Source: Octopus vulgaris
Taxonomy: Eukaryota
Assembly (NCBI GenBank): GCA_951406725.2
Contig: OX597843.1
Span: 4,588,001-4,652,000 of the forward strand
Direction of reading: 5' to 3'
DNA: 64,000 nt
Translations under genes and position numbers: made by a program
Notes under the pieces: model-generated
What the model was told of the DNA's origin: nothing
What the model saw: only the letters and a program-made list of their open reading frames with translations
Databases searched by the model: none
Shown: one piece after another, positions 55,617 through 64,000 of the stretch
Position numbering within the stretch: position 1 is the first letter of the stretch
Layout: every line of letters starts with the position of its first letter

Positions 55617-55731
55617 CGTGTCTGTCTGTATATATACATATATATATGTGTGTGCATGTGTGTGTTTCCATATCTACCTGTCAAGCTATCTAGATATATA
55701 TGTTTAGATGTATATATGTATGTATTTGTGA

Positions 55732-55781
<50 letters not shown>

Positions 55782-56352
55782 GCATACTTATAAATATTTT
55801 TGCGCTCGTAAATGTGTATGTGTATATATGTGAGAGCGTGTTTGTATTTATGTATATATATTTGTATGTATATGTATATATATATATATATGTCTACACA
55901 CACACAGTAGTCTATGTAAAGATTTATTCTGAAAAGCCAATTTTCAAATTTAATGAAGACAGATTGCTTTATCTGTGATAATAATTGCCCCCCCTCCAGC
56001 CTCCAGCTCATACGTCACCCTGGTGGCAAATGAGATCATTATTTGTAATGATAACAACAACAACAGTAATAATAATAATGATAATGATAATAATAATATT
56101 AATAATAATGATAATATTAATAATAATAATAATAATTCTTTCTGATTTTGGCACAAGACCAGGAATTTCAAGGGGCGGGAGCAAGTTGATTCCATCAAAC
56201 CCAGGACTTAATCCGAAGGGATTAAAGGCAAAGTCGCCCTCAGCAGGATTTGAACTCAATATCCCATACAAAATGCTTTGTAACATTTTGTCTGTCGTTA
56301 CCTCCTAACAATTCACCAAGCTCACCAAATCAATAACCATGGTTTCAAATAT

Positions 56353-56386
<34 letters not shown>

Positions 56387-57873
56387 ATATATACAACAGG
56401 CTTCTTTCAGTTTCCATCTACCAAATCCACTCACAAGGCTTTGGTTGGACTGAGACTATTGTAGAAGACACTTGCCCAAGGTGCCACGCAGTGAGACTGA
56501 ACCCGGAACCATGTGGTTGGTTAGCAAGCTACTTACCACACAGCCACTCCTGCACCTATATACGACAGGCTTCTTTCAGTTTCTGTCTACTGAATCCACT
56601 CACAAAGCTTTGGTTGGACTGAGACTATAGTAGAAGACACTTGCCCAAGATGCCACGCAGTGGGACTGAACCTGGAACCATGTGGTTGGTAAGCAAGCTA
56701 CTTACCACACAGCCACTCCTGCACCTATATACGACAGGCTTCTTTCAGTTTCTGTCTACTGAATCCACTCACAAGGCTTTGGTTGGACTGAGACTATAGT
56801 AGAAGACACTTACCCAAGGTGCCACGCAGTGGGACTGAACCCGGAACCATGTGGTTGGTAAGCAAGCTACTTACCACACAGCCACTCCTGAAAGGATGAA
56901 AGAAAAAGTCGACCTCAGCAGGATTTGAACTCAGAACGTCAAGTCGGATGAAATGCCGCTATGCATTTTGCTCCGTGTGCTAACCATTCTTCCTTTCTAC
57001 TAAAGGCACAAAGCCTGAAATTTTGGAAGAGTGAGATAGTTGATTACATTGACTGGTACTTAATTTATTGACCCTGGAAGGATGAAAGGCAAAGTCGACC
57101 TCAGCAGGATTTGAACTCAGAACATAAAGACAGATGAAATACAGCTAACTATTCTGCCAGCTCACTGCCTCATACTCTTTTTACTCTTTTACTTGTTTCA
57201 GTCATTTGACTGCGGCCATGCTGGAGCACTGCCTTTAGTCGAGCAAATCGACCCCGGGACTTATTCTTTGTAAGCCCAGTACTTATTCTATCGGTCTCTT
57301 TTGCCAAACCGCTAAGTGACGGGGACGTAAACACACCAGCATCGGTTGTCAAACAATGCTAGGGGGACAAACACACACACACAAACACACACACACATAT
57401 ATATATATATACGACAGGCTTCTTTCAGTTTCCGTCTACCAAATCCACTCACAAGGCATTGGTCGGCCCGGGGCTATAGTAGAAGACACTTGCCCAAGAT
57501 GCCACGCAGTGGGATTGAACCCGCAACCATGTGGTTGGTTAGCAAGCTACTTACCACACAGCCACTCCCTATATATACATATAAAAATATTAAAAATAAT
57601 AATAATCCTTTCTACTATAGGTGCAAGGCCTGAAATTTTGAGGGAGGGGGTCAGTTGATAGTATTGACCTCAGTACGCTACTGGTACTTATTACATCAAC
57701 CCCACAAGGATGAAAGGCAAAATTGACCTCGGTGGAATTTGAACTCAGAACACAAAGACAGATGAAATACAGCTAAGCAGTTTGCCCAGCATGCTGACCA
57801 TTCTGGGGATGTAAACAAACCAACATCGGTTGTCAAACAGTGAGGTGGGGGACAAACAGACACAAAGGCATAT

Positions 57874-57922
<49 letters not shown>

Positions 57923-57927
57923 TATAT

Positions 57928-57958
<31 letters not shown>

Positions 57959-58327
57959 TATATACACACACACACACATATATATATACACACACACACA
58001 CATATATATACACACACACACACATATATATATACACACACACACACACACATATATACACACACACACATATATACACACACACATATATACACACACA
58101 CACACATATATATATATATACACACACACACATATATATACACACACACATATATATATATACACACACATATATATATATACACACACACATATATATA
58201 TATACACACACACACACATATATATATACACACACACATATACACACACACACACACATACACACACACACATATATATATATATACACACACACACATA
58301 TATATATACACACACACACACATATAT

Positions 58328-58358
<31 letters not shown>

Positions 58359-58393
58359 CATATATATATATACACACACACACATATATATAT

Positions 58394-58444
<51 letters not shown>

Positions 58445-58463
58445 TATATACACACACACACAC

Positions 58464-58518
<55 letters not shown>

Positions 58519-58527
58519 CACACACAC

Positions 58528-58607
<80 letters not shown>

Positions 58608-59775
58608 GACGGGCTTGTTTCAGTTTCCGTCTACCAAATCCACTCACAAGGCTATAGTAGAAGACACTTGCCCAAGGTGCCATGCAGTAGGATTGAACCC
58701 GGAACCATGTGGTTGGGAAGCAAGCTACTTACCACACACAAACACACCCATTCGATTAATTATATTTTTTTTTTCAAACTACCAAAGATATTGTGTTTCC
58801 TTCTATATTTGGCAGCTCCGCCCCCCCCCCCCCCCGATCTCTCACTCCTGACCCACACCATTTCGACTGACCTCTAATCTTACAATATACTTTGACCTCT
58901 GCCATCCACTCCTCCTCCTCTTCCACAGATTGTGCCACCACCCACACACCAACACGTTTCTTCCCCCCACCCCCAGACTACCTCCCACCACACCTGTTGT
59001 ACTATCTCCCCTGCTACACCCACCACCTCCCACGCCTCCTTACCACACAGAAATCACCACCAATAGTATTGAAATTAAAAAAAACAATTATTATTATTAT
59101 TAACTGGCAGAATCGTTAGCACACCATGCAAAATGTTTAGCAGAATTTTGCCCGTCTATATGTTCCGAGTTCAAATTCCGCCAAGGTCGACTATACCGCT
59201 CATCCTTTGAGAGTCAATAAATTAAGTACCAGTTGCGCACTGGGGTCGACATAATCAACTAGCCCCCTCCCCCAAACTTCAGGTGCCTTTAGTAGAAAGG
59301 ATTGTTATCATCCATTTCTTTATTGCCCACAAGAGGCTATACACAGAGGGGACAAACAAGGACAGACATAGGTATTAAGTCAATTACATCGACCCCAGTG
59401 CGTAACTGGTACTTATTTAATCAACCCCGAAAGGATGAAAGGCAAAGTCGACCTCGGCGGAATTTGAACTCAGAACGTAACAGCAGACGAAATACCTATT
59501 TCTTTATTACCCACAAGGGGCTAAACATAGAGGGGACAAACAAGGACAGACAAACGGATTAAGTCGATAATATCGACCCCAGTGCGTAACTGGTACTTAT
59601 TTAATCGACCCCGAAAGGATGAAAGGCAAAGTCGACCTCGGCGGAATTTGAACTCAGAATGTAACGGCAGACGAAATATGGCTACGCATTTCACCCGGCA
59701 TGCTAACGATTCTGCCAGCTCACCGCTTTATATAAGGATTATTATTATCATCATCATTATATAAGGATTATTATT

Positions 59776-59809
<34 letters not shown>

Positions 59810-61898
59810 GTGAGCGAGAGAACAGCGCATGCCATCAAAGTGAGACTGAGTTAGGGTTAGGGTGAAATAGACAAGGGTGAAATATACGAATCCCAATATA
59901 CCCATCAAGACTACCCATCTGGTAAGGGTACACCAGGCATAAGCATCATAACCATTTATGTGTGACTTGGACACTAAACTCTGCTTGCGAAGACCTGTTG
60001 AGGCAAGTGAAATCAAAATCAATTCGATGACAGGCATCCGTGCTAGCAGGGTGCAAAGAGCACCATACGAGTGTGATCGTTGACAGAGCGGCTAACTGGC
60101 TTCCACGCCGGTGGCACATAAAAGGGCACCATTCGAGCGTGATCGTTACCAGCGTCGCCTTACTGGCACCTGTGCCGGTGGCATGTGTAAAAGATTCGAG
60201 CGAAATCGTTAGCATGATTGACAAAATGCTAAGCACTATTTTGTCTGTCTCTACGTTCTGAGTTCAAATTCCACCAAGGCTGACTTTGCCTTTCATCCCT
60301 TCGGGGTTGATAAATTAAGTACCAGTGAAACACTGGGGGCAATGTAATTGACTAGTTCCCTCCCCACAAATTTCAGGCTTTGTGCCTATTAGTAAAAAGG
60401 GATTATTATTATTATTATTATAATGAAGGTGGTCAGCTGGCCAAGTTGTTAGCACGCTGGACAAAATGTTGCTAAGCATTTCATCTGTCATTGCGTCCCG
60501 AGTTCAAATTCCACTAATGTCAACTTTACTTTTTATCCTTCTGGGGTCGATAAAATAAGTACCAGTTGAGCACTGGGGTTGATGTAAATGACTAGACCTC
60601 TCTCCCCAAAATTTCAGACCTTGTGCCTATAGTAGAAAGTTAGTTAGTTGGTTAATTTTTTGGCTCAAAAAGCAAGGCCATGTAGGGGGACATGGAGTTA
60701 AGTACAGGGTGGTGTTCATGTAAAGAGTTCAGGCCACTTGTGGTCAAGGGAGACTTTGAACCGAGCGATCGTCGGCATCTTCACCATCTCGTCCGGCAGC
60801 TTATTCCACGGATCCGCAACCCGGACGGAGAAAATCCCTCTCCTTCGATTGAGATGAAATCGTCGTAGATAGAGCTTTTCGGAGTGACCCCGCAGCCGAC
60901 GCTCTGGAGCAGGAGTGAAGAGGATTATCATTGTGGTGAGCTGGTAGAATCGTTAGCATCCTGGGCAAATGCTTGGTGGCATTTTGTCCCGAGTTGTCCC
61001 GAGTTCAAATTCCACCGAGGTCGGCTTTACTTTTTATCCTTCTGGGGTCAATAAAATAAGTACCAGTAGAATACTGGGGGTCAATGTAAATGACTAAACC
61101 CCCTCCCCACAAATTTCAGGCCTTGTGCCTATAATAGAAAGGATTATCATTGTGGTGAGCTGGTAGAATCGTTAGCATCCTGGGCAAATGCTTGGTGGCA
61201 TTTTGTCCCGAGTTGTCCCGAGTTCAAATTCCACCGAGGTCGACTTTACTGTTTATCCTTCTGGGGTCAATACAATAAGTACCAGTTGAGAACTGGGGGT
61301 CAATGTAAATGACTAGACCCCCTCCCCACAAATTTCAGGCCTTGTGCCTAGAGTAGAAAGGATTATTGTTGTGGCGAGCTGGTAGAATCGTTAGCATCCT
61401 GGGCAAATGCTTGGTGGCGAGTTGTCCCGAGTTCAAATTCCACCGAGGTCGACTTCACTTTTTATCCTTCTGGGGTCGATAAAACAAGTACCAGTTGGAC
61501 GCTGGGGGACAATGGAATCAACTTATCCCCACCCTGAACTCGCCTGGCCTTGTGCCAAAATTTTGAAAATCGTTACTATTATGTTATTATTATTATTATT
61601 ATTATTATAGTAATCATCTAAAAGCTCATTATAGTTATTAGTTTAATTAGGCAGAGATGGTTGAGAAAGAACGGACTAACGAGGGTCTTAATTATGTCTA
61701 TTGTCCATAGAACTGCAACCACATCACCACCACCGACCATACTACCGCCACAACTGTTACGGGAACTGCTGTTGCTATGACAGATGGGACAATGCAACCA
61801 CTACCACCACCATCACCACAACAACAACAAATGATAACACTACTACTACTACCTAAGCCATAATTACAACTACCATCAGAACTGCAACAACCATCACC

Positions 61899-61936
<38 letters not shown>

Positions 61937-63421
61937 CAGGACAACTACAGACTAATATTTCCCCTGTAACCATGACAACTATGGCAAATATAACAATAAC
62001 CACTACCACTACTACTGCCAGAACCATGAAAACAGCCACCATAGCAACGATTACAGTTGTGACAATGTAATCGCGACCACCACCACCAACACTTTTACAG
62101 TCACCTGCAGACACTGCACCACCACCACAACCACCACCACAACTACCACTGTAGCTACCACTACTACCAACCCGCTACTTCTACCACCACCACTACCACC
62201 AACGCCACCACAAGACCACAGCTTTGTCAAAAGTTGGGGGACACCATACCACCACCACCACCACAACAACCAGCACTGCCACCACCACCACCACCACCAC
62301 CACCACCACTTCTGCAGCAACCAACACACCACAACGTCAACCAGGAGACACCACCACTTCTGTAGCTACAACCAATACTGCTACCACATAAACTACAGAC
62401 ATTACACCACCACCACCAATACTACTACTACAACAGAGCCACACTGTCTGCTGTACAACAAACAGCCATGCTGTTATACAACTACATCAGTGACCTCTCC
62501 AGGGGAATACAGTCTCGCTTCGACTGCTCTTGTTTCTTCATTATACCAGGCCTGTATGAACTGGTTTATGTCACTCTTAATTCAAATTGATGGTGTGTGT
62601 TGTGCGTATATATATATACACATACATATATATATATATATATAAATACATATACATACATATATATATACATATATAAATACATATACATACATATATA
62701 TATATATATATATACATATATAAATACATATATACACATATATACATATACATATATATATATATATATATACATACATACATATATATATACATACATA
62801 CATATATACATACATACATACATATATATATATACATACATACATATATACATACATACATATATACATACATACATATATACATACATACATACATACA
62901 TATATACATACATACATATATACATACACCGCCTTTAATCAAGCAGCTCAACCCTGGGACTTATTCTTTGTAAGCCAAGTACTTATTCTATCGGTCTCTT
63001 TTGCCGAACCGCTAAGTGACGGGGACGTAAACACACCAGCATCGGTTGTCAAGCAATGCTAGGGGCACAAACACAGACACACAAACACACACGCGCACAC
63101 ACATATATATATACATACATATATACAACGGGCTTCTTTCAGTTTCCGTCTATCAAATCCACTCACAAGGCTTTGGTCAGCCCGAGGCTATAGTAGAAGA
63201 CACTAGCCCAAGGTGCCACGCAGTGGGACTGAACCCGGAACCATGTGGTTGGTAAGCAAGCTACTTACCACACAGCCACTCCTACACCTATATTTTTTCT
63301 TTTTTTTTCTTCTTCTTTCTTTTTTTTTATATATACACATACATATATACATATATATATACATATAGCGTCTTATAGAGCTAAATTTATAAATTCTAAA
63401 ATTGCAGAAGATTTCGTTACT

Positions 63422-63494
63422 GGGCAGTTTAGCTCAATGGTAAAGCACTTGACATGTAATCACAGGGATGAGAGTTTGTGTCTTATGGCTCGCT
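63422..63494 (+). pseudogene. Degenerate tRNA-like sequence (tRNA pseudogene or SINE head), TGT at the anticodon position
   Basis: TAGCTCAATGGTAAAGCA D-arm/A-box and a partial anticodon stem around CATGTAA. The T-loop and acceptor stem are degenerate. Confidence 0.3.
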
Positions 63495-63784
63495 GGTAAT
63501 GTATTTTTCTACAATGTATGGATAGTTTATCCTGTTCATGCTATTTCATTAGCATTATCACGCATTTGGGAATAAACTATTTCTGTATCTTTCAATACAT
63601 CTCAAGGCTTCGAAAACAAACTTTGTTTACTTTCATCATAAGGTGAATATACATACACACATACATACATATATATACATACATATATACATACATACAT
63701 ATATACATACATATATATATATATACACACACACACATATATATACACACACACATACATATATATACACACATATACATACAT

Positions 63785-63815
<31 letters not shown>

Positions 63816-64000
63816 CATACATACATACACACATACATATATATATATACATACATACATACACACATACATATATATATATACATACATACACACATAC
63901 ATATATATATATACATACATACACACATACATATATATATATATATACACACATACCTATATACACAAATATACATACACACACACACACATATATACAC

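Overview
Eukaryotic, extremely repeat-rich DNA. The tandem C2H2 finger style (HCDICGKSFS...HKRIHTGEKP), dense tRNA-derived SINEs and very long (TA)n/(CA)n/(TACA)n tracts suggest an octopus or other coleoid cephalopod; this is an inference. Two protein-coding genes are supported. (1) A + strand gene with 10 C2H2 zinc fingers in one coding exon (~1553-2551). (2) A - strand spliced gene that the ORF track does not assemble, PEDS1/TMEM189 (plasmanylethanolamine desaturase), with four GT-AG exons: 24276-24395, 22743-22834, 17322-17540 and 15503-15763. Its first exon was not found. The rest is SINEs, fragments of RTE, CR1/L2 and R4/Dong LINEs, a mariner relic, a Helitron, MITEs, transposon-derived tandem arrays and microsatellites. 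Nearly all long ORFs in the track are microsatellite artefacts. The most interesting signals are minimal type-I hammerhead ribozyme motifs in three different repeat families, one of them a retrozyme-like tandem array just downstream of the zinc-finger stop codon. Also notable are a 225-bp LINE-derived satellite inside a PEDS1 intron, a MITE whose interior has expanded into a 173-bp satellite, and a 54-bp array in the putative PEDS1 3' UTR that carries AU-rich and splice-site motifs.
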